Part shown: piece by piece, positions 39,320 to 52,653 of the stretch | Position numbering within the stretch: position 1 is the first letter of the stretch | Layout: each line of letters begins with the position of its first letter | Assembly: GCA_951406725.2 (NCBI GenBank) | Contig: OX597819.1 | Location: 85,374,001 to 85,438,000, forward strand | Source: Octopus vulgaris | Lineage: Eukaryota | Reading direction: 5' to 3' | Length of the DNA stretch: 64,000 bases | The notes under the pieces: generated by a model | Database searches by the model: none | What the model was told of the DNA's origin: nothing | What the model saw: the letters and a program-made list of their open reading frames with translations, nothing else | Translations under genes and position numbers: made by a program

Positions 39320-40660
39320 CTTGGAGACTCCCGTCTATGCAAAACTGTAATATACAAGTACCGTGTTATAGCACCATGCTCCCACCAAGCAGAGATTTAT
39401 ACAGGCGGTACTGTAGATTTCAAGCGCCGCTACCGTGCATACATGAACTCTTTCAGCAATCCAAATACTAAACTGTCAACCTGCTTAGTAACGTATACAC
39501 ACAACCTCAAATCCCAAATATTCCATACACCCTATCCTGGTGCATATTAACGAAGCTCTCCAATGCAATGCAAACACCGGAAAGTGTAAGTTCTACCTAA
39601 AAGAATCATTAATCACTTTTCACCTTCATAACTCCTCATTACTTAATAGATTCTCTGATATTATTTATTCTTGTAAACACGGGTACTACTCATTATTTAT
39701 GCACTTCGCCAAATCTATATGATCCCATAGGTTTCCATACCCCCAAAAAACCCTTAGACCAAGACAAAGTCAGCTTTGAAACCTACTGCTTACAAAATAT
39801 CAACCTCACCGCCTACTCTCTTTCATTCATACATCTTCAATTTCTTCCAAATTTTTCAAATCAACTATTTCACACCTCCCTCTTAGCCTCTCCATCCTCT
39901 CCAGTCTCAAAAAGTACTTAACAATACCAAACAACTTTGAAAACTAACCAATCTACCTCTACCCCCTCCCTACTCACACCCCTCTATTCAATTGTATGCT
40001 CCTCCATTGACTACAACACCCCACCCTACGCTCTCCGATACCCACCCAATTCCTTCCTCCCACAAACAACTAATTTTGACAACCTCACCTTCCAGCTACT
40101 GAACCAGTCAACTTATTCCCCTTTATTCATCTCAACCATTAATTTTATAGCCTTCGTATAAACTAACACAAAGATCATCTTTCACGTACTACCTAAACCA
40201 CCTTTTCCCCTTCCTCCCACCTCCCACCTATACTACTATCACTAGCCTCATTATCAACCCTAACCCCAAAATCTATTTTCTCCTCCCACTACTCTCTGTC
40301 TAAACACCCAAACCTCTTTCTAATACACTTAATTCCCTTCAAAATCATTCCATCTTTAATCTCTATTCTGTCAACACCTGAAATGCAAAATTTTCCCCTG
40401 AAGATGGAGGCTGGTGGTATCCGATGAGGGAATCAAATTACAAGCATTATTTTGGAACACCAAGCCCAAAGAAACAGCTGTTGGACTCGTAACACTCCTA
40501 TCCAACCTCCTTAATTCCTGATATCATTTCCATTCTGTGTAAGACGGACTTTTTTTATAAGTATACATATGTACACTTTTTGTATTAAATATACCTAATA
40601 TTTTTTTATATCGATTTAGCTAACTTGTTTGTCCTTACATTTACTCCTCTACCTGCTCAA
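39320..40660 (+). mobile_element. Penelope-like element 3' end: GIY-YIG endonuclease relic, C-rich UTR, hammerhead
   Basis: KTVIYKYRV..EIYTGGTVDFKRRY..NSFSN..STCLVTY..LK/IPYTLSWCIL/..GKCKFYLKE..LLNRFSDIIYSCKH (39340-39680). Confidence 0.8.
40396..40484 (+). ncRNA. Degenerate hammerhead motif of the PLE pseudo-LTR
   Basis: cc CUGAAGA uggaggcuggug...caccaagcccaaa GAAAC agcu GUU gg. Confidence 0.55.
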
Positions 40661-40721
40661 GTTCTAATCTCTTGAGCACCACGAAGTGTATTCTATACAA
40701 AGAATACCTGTCTCAAATCTA

Positions 40722-40856
<135 letters not shown>

Positions 40857-40894
40857 GTCTACCTATCTAAACAGACACACAACGTTACGTATAT

Positions 40895-40942
<48 letters not shown>

Positions 40943-41395
40943 GCATACGTGCATACGAATATATTTATGTATTTATATATATTTATTTAAAGATATATTT
41001 GGAATTCTCATTATTAGCTGTCAAGATTCAAAACGAACAATTATACATACCCCATAAACACAATAGCTTCACAGCACAAATCATTGTTCGTTTTTATGTG
41101 CATTGGGTCGTATTACACAGACCGTGGAAAAAAGAGATTTCCCCGTAATCTTGAAATCAATTGATATGCAATTGAACCCTTTCATGAACCTTTTTCGTTT
41201 ATTTTCTCGAGTTCGGCGTATATTTATTGTGATGTTTTAAGGTAGATTAGAGACATGTGGCGTCTTCTTTCAGCATGTGGCTTGGCCTGTATACTTACTC
41301 GTTTGTATTAAATTTTACATTTAACTGGTCATTACACGCTAACTACCTGATAAAATCAGATACAGATTTTATCCTAAATTTTGAAACATATATAT

Positions 41396-41878
41396 AGGGT
41401 TTGGACAAAATAAAGGAAACACCTAACATCATAGCATCATTATTTTGAAATATCTATAAAACTGTCAAAAGCTTGTTTATTTTTATGTTTTTTGATTTAT
41501 TATTAGTGTTGCTTAACATGTTTTGCTAAAATTGCTGCGTCATTTTAGATACCATCAGAAAAAGGGAATTAAAATTCATTAAAATGACAGATCTATCGGA
41601 CTAAAAACAGGCTAAATTGTTGGTGCTCGTATGGCAAGCGCTAGTATAACGAAAACAGCCGAAACCAAATTTTTCATATGGGGACCGTCGAACTCTTACG
41701 CGAATTGTTAGAAAGGATCACAAAAGTATAGCCCCCAAAATCACTGCAGAGCTTAATGACCATCTCGAGAACCCAGTTTCCACAAAAACTGTTCGCCGGG
41801 AGACGCACAAAGCCGGATTTCACGGAAGAGTTAGCCGGATTTCACGGAAGAGTTGCAATCAGAAAACCACTACTTTCA
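41396..41878 (+). mobile_element. Tc1 5' fragment (terminal repeat + HTH region)
   Basis: agggtttggacaaaataa.ggaaacacc; MTDLSD..IVGARMASASITKTAE..KITAELNDHLENPVSTKTVRRE. Confidence 0.8.
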
Positions 41879-42660
41879 ATTGATTAAAGTTCATTCTTTG
41901 TATGAAATAAAAAAGACATATTTCACACTAAAAAACCGAAATTACTTTCTTTCCAACCTAATATATATATATATATATATAACTGATATACGGATTGGTG
42001 TACATAAATATTCACGTACATATCTAAGCATGAGTTGAAATGAACAGCTTTTAATCCAAATCACAAAATTTTCTGTGCATTAGTATCTGCTGTTAGTTGC
42101 TGTTTCACATCTTATCCATAAATATGATTCACCTTTAGTTGAGTAGTTGCACTTCATCAGGTGGTTGGCTTTGGGAGTGCTGCTGCATCACCTATAGTCT
42201 CCAGTTGCTTTAATGCTCATATCCTATTTTTAAAATTTCCTTGACAAAGAGCAATAAGTAGATTCAAAGAGTAAATTAATGGAAGTCAAAAACCTAAAAT
42301 ATAAATTATATACTAAAATTAAACAATGGAAATAAAAATCAAAAGCATGAAATATATTTTAACAAAACCTCTTATCCAGTCCGTTCTTTAGCATAGACAT
42401 ATCCCACCTTTTAAGAAGATAGATGAACACCCTTAGATAATAATTTTGCAAAAATATAAACTGAATGAATTCATTATTTTCTTTGTAAGAAGTTTTCTTC
42501 AAAACACACGTGGTCAGCATATTAACCGTAGTGGGATTCAAACTAGTCGTCTTGTCTTCTCGTAAACTTAATTTTAGCTGCCTTTGGTTCCCATGACAAT
42601 CGCTTAATCAGTATTTAAACACACACACACACACACACACTCGCATATATATATATATAT

Positions 42661-43665
42661 TTCTGTTCTAAAAAAATTGGTTTGTTCCACGCTTGTTTTT
42701 TCCGTTTTCGTTTCTCGTTGAGTTCTACGTCTAGTTGTGGTGTCCTGTACTCACGCATATATATTTATATATGCATGTATATATACATGTAGATGTAGGT
42801 ACGTACATATATGTTTGTATGTATGCATATATTTTATTTATTACACTATTGTTTGACAGCGCCCTCGCGTCGATTCGATTCGATTCGATTCGTTCGTTTC
42901 GTTCCGTTCTCATTCTCCAAGTACTGTTTTATATATAATTATGACGCGAAATTCCTTAGCCCTTTGCTTTATCTTCCCTTCTCTCTCTCTCTCTCTCACT
43001 CTTCCTCATCTCTCTCTCAGCCGCTTGTCTTCCTCTCTCTCTCTCTCTCTCTCACTCCTCCTCATCTTTGTCACTGCTAGCCAAAACTACTTCCTTTTAC
43101 ATGCGGCCTTCAAACTGTGAACACACATTTGTTTTCCCCTTGCGCTGCCAGAATCTCCTCCGTCTAAGCCAGAAAAAGGCCTTTTCGTTTGTTTTCTTGT
43201 TTATTTTTATTTCTCGTATTGTATTTTCTTGTACATGTATTTTTATCTTGTATTTTATTTTGTATTTTTATTTGTATCGTTTTTAACTCCTGTTTGTGTC
43301 ACATTTTTTTTCTTTCTTGTTTTTACCCCTCTGCGAAGTCATTTTATTTTAATTCTCTCGCAGGAAGTGCTAGTTTTACGAGTCGTGTTCTGTCTTACCT
43401 TCGAAACACGCTAGAGTTGAACTAGAGACAGCTGATGAAGGGGATTTTTCCTTGTGTAGTTTGTCTTGTACACTGTTTTTCTGTTGTAAAAAAATTGGTT
43501 TGTTCCACGTTTGTTTTTTCCGTTTTCGTTTCTCGTTGAGTTCTACGTCTAGTTGTGGTGTCCTGTACTCACGTATATATATTTATATATGCATGTATAT
43601 ATACATGTAGATGTAGGTACGTACATGTATGTTTGTATGTATGCATATATTTTATTTATTACACT
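42661..43665 (+). mobile_element. Non-coding retrozyme-like element: 818-bp unit with 187-bp direct terminal repeats, inserted in (TA)n
   Basis: 42661-42847 is nearly identical to 43479-43665 (offset 818). No meaningful ORF. HHR-like motif 35 nt before the second repeat. Confidence 0.8.
43384..43443 (+). ncRNA. Candidate non-circularly permuted hammerhead ribozyme
   Basis: CGUGU-U-CUGUCU ... CUUC-GAAACACG ... AGACAG-CUGAUGA-A-GGGG: all three stems close in register, but strand order is reversed. Confidence 0.6.
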
Positions 43666-43905
43666 TTATATATATATATGTTTATTTATTATGGTAGTTT
43701 TGACTGTAAGAGTCTCTCCTAGCGTGAGACATTTATGTATAGTAATGCCATTAATATAAAATATATTTAAGAGAGATAATTGATGGATTTTTCCCTTATG
43801 AGGTATTTTCCCGCTAACTACTTGATAAATTCTTATAAAGATTTTAGCGTATTTTTCTATTATTTATGTATACATGTATTATATTTTCATACATACATAC
43901 ATACA

Positions 43906-43951
<46 letters not shown>

Positions 43952-43971
43952 AACACACACATATATATATG

Positions 43972-44030
<59 letters not shown>

Positions 44031-45015
44031 TAGATGTATAATGGAATAATTAATATGAAGCATTGCGTAGAATATATTGTATAAAGGATCGTGGGTGAGG
44101 ACAGAAAAATGCGAAGTAAATGCAAGGCAAATCCCAAGAAAACAAGTATATGAATTAATGTAGACTTACTTTGCATTGATTATTTCGGCCATCACCATCA
44201 TCATAACTCAGCTTTTTTATATTTCCCAATCTTAAGCATTAACATAGAAAGTTAATTTCTAAGATTTAAACCAACAGGGGGAATTGTTGTAATATATGTT
44301 ACTTTTTCGACAAATCAAGCAGAATCACGCTAGTTATAAAATTAAGATTGAACGCGTAAATATCTATGAGGAAATGAATGAGAAAATGACGTTGGCTCAA
44401 ATTTAATTACCTTAATTTGTGAATAGAAAATATTTAAGGATGATAGATTGGTGACTGATGTCATGAGGTCAAATTTCATTTTCATGAATACGACGGAAAC
44501 ATTTGTTTAAACATGAGAAGGATTAAATATATAGATGTACCGATATTTATAAATAAAACAAAACGAAGGGAACCGTAAGCCTACAAGAACTGGGTATTAA
44601 CATACTTTCAAGCAGTTGCCGAGTGGCTTTGTTTGTAATCTGGTCGCGCATGTGAAAAAAACGTTTGTGATATTTCATGAGCTAAATGTTAATTAAAAGA
44701 AAATTCATCAGCTTTGTGTTTTATCAAATGTCTACAGTGTCTTTTCTAGAAGGTTGGAGCTGAAAAATTCAGATCAAATCACTTTCTTGTCTCCAAAATA
44801 CAAACTGTTTTGATGCATACCTGTTGAGTCTTTTGTTTGTACGCTCACTCGCATATATATATACATATCGAGTGGCAACACCTAACAGTTATAGACATTA
44901 AATACATACTAATCGATGCGGTTTGCTATAAACTGGAATATAACTGAGAGCTACCACGGTATCTGCCCTAATAATATATCTCTCGAAACTCACACACACA
45001 CGCACAGACACACAT

Positions 45016-45094
<79 letters not shown>

Positions 45095-45453
45095 ACTGTT
45101 AAAGAAGACACCAGAGGACCTAGCGTACCTAATCGTTTATATCGCCTGTGAACTAAACCCCCATACTTTATATATATATATATATATATATATAAATCCA
45201 AGGAATAAACAATTTTCTTCAAAGGGATGGAAAACTTCCAATTTACACTGGTACTTCAGTTAAATACCACTATATAGTAGAGAAATCATCCGAATTTAAA
45301 ATGGTATAATTTCAATATATAAATGTTAAAAAATAGATAAATACAATTCGCAAATTAAAAATTTATCAACATTATAATATAATATACTATAAAAAGAGAT
45401 AATATACCATGTAATATAATATTATATATCAAATAATTTAAACAAATATATAT

Positions 45454-45529
45454 CCTACAATTTGTTTCGACTCATATCCACTAGTGAATTTATAAAAATT
45501 CACATTTATGCATATGAGTCTCGTCAGGG
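45454..45529 (-). ncRNA. Minimal hammerhead motif
   Basis: cc CUGACGA gacucauau...auaugaguc GAAAC aaauu GUA gg; 9-bp stem II plus inner gugaauuu/aaauucac hairpin. Confidence 0.8.
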
Positions 45530-46131
45530 TAATATTTGTCTAAAAAATAGGCGAAATTTTCATGCAAGGACTGATAAATCATAAAATAAACTGATTTAAA
45601 ATATACGTACGCTTACAAGCATAAGCATTAATAATTTAAAAACATAATAAATAGAATAAAAACAAAAACAAAATTCAAATAGATAGAATAACTTAAATAA
45701 ACAAACGAAACAATTACAACGGTTATAAAATTTTCTTATCCATCTTTAATAATATGAATCTAAAATCATCACTACCCATTTTTATTATATAAAAATATCT
45801 AAATAATATGTTGAGAATTTATGGTGGAGTAGGAAATATATTTTATTTAAAATGTCTATATACTATGATAAAAAGATAAATAAGGTTATATTTTATTCAG
45901 ACACTGAAGTCATTAAAAAATCTTTTAATCAGCGATTAATTCAAAAGTTTCTTTGTATCGTTGTATTGGATTAAAACGCTCGATAAATAGATTGTATCCG
46001 AATTTTGACTACCTTTTTTTTGATTAATATATAGGATCTGTACACCACTATCATCAGACTATACATACATTCATACAATCGTATGTATGTATGGATGAAT
46101 GGATAAGTGAGTGTACGTATGTATGCATTAG

Positions 46132-46227
46132 TATAACAGCTGGCACCTTACGTGTAATTTCACGTTTCCGATTATCAGGCTGGATAAGAAATATAGAATA
46201 ACCAGATGTGAGGTGTCAGCTGCTATA
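46132..46227. mobile_element. Small MITE-like inverted-repeat element
   Basis: tataacagctggcacctta...tgaggtgtcagctgctata. Confidence 0.45.
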
Positions 46228-47819
46228 ATCATAAGTAACATCTTCCTCATGGCATTGTGTGTGCCTCCGCCCCACACATATTTATGCATCACTCGCTATC
46301 AATCTAAACAATTTTATCTCTGAACTATACTTAGAACATATCGTATATATACATATAGGAATATGGAGGTGTGTGAATGTCTGCGCGTGTTCGGCAATAC
46401 ATTTTTCATCAAAGCGACTTTGAAATTTGCATTTGTATGAACACATTTTTTTAAAGGTGATATGTGCAATTACGCTTTTGTGCTAAAAGTAATAAACAGT
46501 ATCCTGCAGTTTTAAGTTACAATCGAACGCACAACTTTTTGATTGACATCTACGTAGTATGGAATGAGTTAAGTAATATATAACGCACAACTACTTTCAT
46601 AGCGAAAACAACTTTAGTTAACTAATCACATATGCCGGAGGTGGAAATCAATAAAGAGAATAATTACTTCATGCATCTGCTTTACATATTTTGTAGCTTA
46701 TATTCTTTTGCTGTTCAATGAATTGTCGAGAATTGTTATTTATTTTTTTTTTTTTATATAAATTTCTATTGCATCATGTCACGGTTCCGAAAAGAGAAAA
46801 CACTCTTTAAAGCTGTCTTTATTTCTTCTCAGCAGTTACAATCAAATTCAATACATATGTACAAGAATGACAGCATATTCAGATGCAATTCTGTTTTTTC
46901 TTCTTACAAGATAAGGTGATTTCAGATATTAAAAATTATCATCTTTGGTGGATGCTGTGTAAATATCCATCGGTACGACTATTGAAACGTATACCAGTCA
47001 ATCAGGGAGCTATAGATTGTCAACTTTCTACAAATAACAACTAGATGTTATTCTAACTACACTATGCTGTCTACAAAAATGACACATTCGATAGCACAAT
47101 TTAGAATAAACCGTTCCTGATAAAAAACAGTTTAGTCATTGCTAGAAAAGAGTCTTTTCAATAAGGATCGACTTAAATTTACAGAAAAGGGCTACTTTTG
47201 ATCAATTAGTCTTAACCAGAATTTATTGGAAAAAAGTTCTTTGAGAACTAAAAACAATAGGGGCAGGAAACTCTCTAGAGAGCTGAACAACAGAAGGTCT
47301 TCCTCTCAAGCAAGTGTTTCATCGCTTAACTTCTTACACTCAAAGAGGACCGGGACGCATCCAGGTCATGGCTCTTGGGTGCCTTTCTGCTGAGACATTT
47401 TAGCCACTTGGATATCGGAAATTTGTGCATTTAAACCGCCTGGAGATTTCATATAGTTGTTACTCCTCTCAGTTGACTCAGCTTTCATCCTTATATATAA
47501 AGAAGAAACAACGTTGGTTGTCATTGTAGCGGGGAAAACGTCAACGCTATTACAATGACTCACTCAGAGTTACTTCCTTTGGCATTAAAAACAAGTACAT
47601 TGCCTTCAAAAGGTAAGAAGGTAGTTTTTGTTCCTCTTCGACCAGGTCCAGCTGGAACATTTCTCCGCTGTCTCTGATATTGCCTTTACGGCTTTTGGCC
47701 CTGTTCTTCCTCTGGCTCCAACCTGTATGGCGAAAACTTTGATTCAGGAGATTACTTCGGCGAGAAGAAGGCTGTCGGCTAGACTGACGTATTTTTCAGC
47801 CTTGAACACGTGTACTTCT

Positions 47820-48050
47820 TTACATTATTTACATTTGACAGATATTTGTCCTCATATTGTTTGTTGTTAACATAACGTTTCGGTTGATATATCCTCCAGC
47901 CTTCATCAGGTGTCTTGATGAAGGCTGGAGGGTATATCAGCCGAAACGTGTGTTAACAAAAATATCTGTCAAATGTAAATAACAAATATCTGTCAAATGT
48001 AAATAATGTAAATAATGTACATAATTCCCTCCTCATCTTTTAAATATAGA
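47820..48050. mobile_element. Head-to-head inverted pair of HHR-bearing tails with 12-bp target-site duplication
   Basis: acgtgtacttct at 47808-47819 and 48051-48062. Both arms match 54613-54720. Confidence 0.85.
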
Positions 48051-48444
48051 ACGTGTACTTCTGTTCTACCTAACTGTTGCAGTGACCAACATTAAATAAA
48101 TCTCAGAAATATAAACTTCACTTATCTTATATTGTTAAGGAAAATGGCTTCAGATAATAAGACTTCCACAATTTTGGTAAGATTACTTGTTATATTGAGG
48201 CATCTTTAAAATAGTTTAATCATGAAAAAGAAGATTCGTCCCATCCCCCAATTCACATGGCTTCGGAGACGATCTGTTTAATATTCAATTTAAGTATCCC
48301 TAACATTCTTGAAAGATTTCGAGGTAGGTGGAAATATTATGGGTGATAAGAAAAGAGATGAGTGTGCCGAGTGAACCTCGGTGGGGTTTTGATACAACTG
48401 GCTACTTCCAAAGACTAGAAACTGTCGTAGTAGTGCCAAAAATA

Positions 48445-48786
48445 GGCGCAGGAGTGGCTGTGTGGTAAGTAGCTTATTTACCAATCACATGGTTCTAGGT
48501 TCAGGCACCTTGGGCAAGTGTCTTCTACTATTGCCTCGGGCCGACCAAAGCCTTGTGAGTGGATTTGGTAGACGGAAACTGAAAGAAGCCCGTCGTATAT
48601 ATGTATATATGTGTGTGTGTGTGTGTTTGTCCCCACAACATCGCTTGACAACAGATGCTGGGCGTGTTCACGTCCCCGTAACTTAACGGTTCAGCAAAAG
48701 AGACCGATATAATAAGTACTGGGCTTACAAAAGAATAAGTCCTGGGATCGATTTGCTCGACTAAAGGCGATGCTCCAGCATGGTCC
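48445..48786 (+). mobile_element. tRNA-derived SINE family A
   Basis: ggcgcaggagtggctgtgtggtaag head, internal TA/TG microsatellite, shared tail. Confidence 0.9.
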
Positions 48787-50517
48787 ATTATAATGCAAAG
48801 TACACCGAGGTGTGATCTTGTATTTTATTGTAGTTTGTTTTAAAGAAATTCAAGTCTCTGTTAGAAGTATAGACCATGACGAATCTGGAGTATTTCTCGA
48901 AGGTTACAATTATTTTCTTTTTGAGTTCAAATATGCTAGCCACTCGAATCTGGATAGTTTTTTTCTTTACTATGTATTTTGTGTGCTTAGACTATTATAG
49001 AGTTATTTTTTGCAACTAGTATATTCCATGTGATACATTTAAATCGTCGAGTGAAATGTTCTGTTGTATTTGATTTTCTGTAGTGTTCCAGAAAATAAGG
49101 GGTACAGGTATCTAACTGAAGAAACATTATATGCCTCCTGAAAGAGTATCCACTCGAGACATTTGCTGCAGATCCACATTTCTCCATTGAGAAATCTTTT
49201 CTATCTGTAACTGGTGACAAAGAATGGCTCCTTATAAAGGAAAATTCAGTGAAAATATGAGCAGAGAGGTGTTATTCTCCAACAGTGGATCTTTAGAAGT
49301 TCTAGTAAATGCGATCTATGCTAATGACACCTAAGAGTCTGGAGCTAGTATTAAACTAGGCGGTGTGTTCAATCTAATGAAACTAAAAATTATAATAAAT
49401 ATGTTCACTAAATAAAGACTTCAGTTTATGATCTTTCCAAAAATTATTTCATATATTTTCTTTGGGTAGCTACCACGTAAAGAAACGGGTCTAAATGGAC
49501 AAGAACATCATCCACTTTCTGAATGATTCATAGCCTTAGAGTGTGAGTAATTATATAATAATTTGTTCATTATCGTTTAGCAATAATAATAATAATAATA
49601 ATAATTATTATTATTATGTAATTTGTTCATACCACCTACATGCATTAATATCAGTTAGCTATCTGCATGCACTAATCTGTTAAGTGAACAAAGAAAGTAC
49701 ATGAACAAAAAAAGTACAGTCGTATGAAATGTGTTTCTTTGATTGTTTATTTAAGAAGTTATGAAATTTGAACATGGAGTATGGTGGTAATAATTCAGTA
49801 TTTCTTTACCTTAATAATATTGGCCCAAATGACACAAGGATTTATTGTCTTACTATGAAGTTCACAATTTTTCTTTTCATATTAAGATGTAGCTGACACC
49901 TTTTAGATCAATCTAATTATCTTCTTAGAGTTCAAACGTATTTATTAAATCGATATTGGAACAATTTATTTATGAGATTGACATATATACAGTTTCATGT
50001 CTAAAATTATATGTTGTTCCAAATATTTATTGAATATGTATTGAATCATTAAACACGAGTAATGAAATTTACCTGAAGCATATCAACATTCTTAGTTAGC
50101 TCCACAAATTTCAATGTATTTTAAAATGTAATATATGTCATTAAGATCAAGAAAGTCATTGGTAATTAATGAGATTTCCTTCTTTGCAAATAAATCTTTT
50201 AATTTCATTAATGTGAGATGAGAAACTTCTCACAAGCGGTTTATTATATTGCATAATACGTTAATGGCTTTTCTTGGCACGATGTTGGTAGCAATACAGT
50301 TTAGAAGCAATAAATAGAAATCCTGAAATTTAATAATATCGACTGTTTCGACCATTCTTCTAAAAGTATGCTAAGAAATGTCTGAAATTAAGAAACATCA
50401 CGTGGTTCCGGGTTTGATCGCACTGTGCAGTACCTTGTGCAGGTGATTTCTACCATACGTTTTTGTTGTCAAGTGTCTTGTGATTGAAATTTAGTTGACG
50501 GAACTCTGCTGTTTATG

Positions 50518-50578
<61 letters not shown>

Positions 50579-52291
50579 CAGCAAAAGATACAATAGCCCA
50601 CGAGAAAATTAAATACACACATCTGACGGACGACGAATATTGAGATATCTCGTTTGTTCGGCTGAAGCCATATTAAGGTGCAATGCATTTTCATTGATGA
50701 CATTGACACTTATTTTTTAAAATGTGTACTGCTTATCCTCCCAACCTTTATGCCGAACTGCTAATAATAGGGACATAAGCCAACAGTGGCTCTCAAGCGG
50801 TGCAAAATAGACACAAATAGGTTAACTCATACGCTTACTATCACACTCACATACATACACACAGACACAGACACACAGAGACATACAGACTCAGGCACAC
50901 ACACACTCATACGCACACCTACGCACACCTACGTACACGCGCACACATACGCGCGCGTGTGCATAGATCTGGCTAAACAAAAGGATGTAATGTAACTGCA
51001 CACATGCTGTCGGTGATTTCTTTTCCTTCTTTGGACTCTTCCGTTTCTCCTTTCCGACGAAGGACTATACATGAAACGTCAAGCTCTCTTTATATTGAAC
51101 GTCAAGCTTATACATTCCATGTGCACGTCCTCTTGTTCTCTGTTAATTTTATTATTCATTTATTTGAATTGATTGTTTTCTTTTTTAATTGATTATAGAA
51201 GATACTTGTCCCATGTTTGGTGCAGTATTACTGATCTTGAACCAGCTGAGTGAAAAGTAAACATACTTCTTAAGTACATAGCCATACCTGGAAAACAATC
51301 TAAGCCCAACACTCTTTAATCTTTATAAGTAGAGGAAGACTCGAACTGAATATTGAGACTTAAAGATTTTCCCCTTATTTAAATATATGTTTCGTTCAGT
51401 TGCTTCTATTTCAGTATGACTTATTTTGATATATGGAAAATGTTCCATGTTTAGTACGTTCCTAGATATTATCCAGATGACAGAAACCACATCATAGTCA
51501 GATGCTCTTTTGAGAAAGAAAAAAAAAATGCAATAACATTATTTGAAGTGACGTAGTAATGTCACTCATGGGATGCGATTAAGTATGTAGTGTTTTCATA
51601 AGTTGGTGCAACTGTGATTATCCTAGTTGTGCCTGACTGCTGTCACCCTAAATATGAAATTGTCATTTTCAAAACAAGTCCTAGAATGATTCCTTCACTA
51701 CAGTCTGGTAGTTTATACGCCAGTATTTGATAGCTCCGATCCCATAGTCAGTACAGATTCACAGCGTCAACGGAATTAATACGGGAATTTTCGTTCGCTA
51801 CGTTTGATATCTAGCTGAGCGTATCAAAGTTGTCTCTTAAAACGCCTTGTGTATGTACATGTATTGTATAACGCGCTCTTTATACTATTAAATTACATTA
51901 AGATGTAGTGGCAGAGCGTATGCTTCTAGCAGAAGAATATTCGTGAAGTTGAAAATATAGTACGGCTTTCAGTCGAAATAAAATAATCTTAAATAAAATA
52001 TAAGGAAGCCACAAAATGACCCGAAATCTTTTATTCAATCATATTCCAAGTGACTCCAAGTAGAACAACATAATCGCCTGGAAAAATTTAAGCCGATTTA
52101 CAGAATGAGTACCGGAAAAACTGGTTAAGATAAGATAACTCATTTTCTCATTTCTTACATATTTTGAATTGCTGTTAATTCAACCAATAGGGAGTGATAA
52201 ACTGTTGACAATGGCACAGTTTATTTTTATCACCAATATCCAGAAGTTAGCAACACATTTGTGATGGGTCCACTAATTTGCCATGTATATA

Positions 52292-52356
<65 letters not shown>

Positions 52357-52358
<2 letters not shown>

Positions 52359-52618
52359 TTTCCTTTTACTTGTTTCAGTCATTTGACTGTAGTCTTGCTG
52401 GAGGACCACCTTTATTCGAACAAATCGACCACAGGACTTATTCTTTGTAAGCCTAGTACTTATTCTATAAGTCCGTGTCTTTTTACCGAACCGCTAAGTT
52501 ATGGGGGCGTAAACAAACCAACATCAGTTGTCAAGTGGAAGTGTGGGACAAACACAGACACACAAATACACGCATACACACACGATATGTGGTTGAGAAG
52601 CAAGCTTCTTACCACACA

Positions 52619-52621
<3 letters not shown>
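52357..52621 (-). mobile_element. SINE family A (internally deleted)
   Basis: Reverse complement of the tail and head of 48445-48786. Confidence 0.8.

Positions 52622-52653
<32 letters not shown>

Noticed and set aside
50620-50672. HHR-like ctgacgga...ctgaagcc
   Set aside because: Core and GAAA both broken; at most a decayed relic.
51050-51085. HHR-like ccgacgaagg...gaaacgtc
   Set aside because: U4 mutated and stem II does not pair; decayed relative of 59784.
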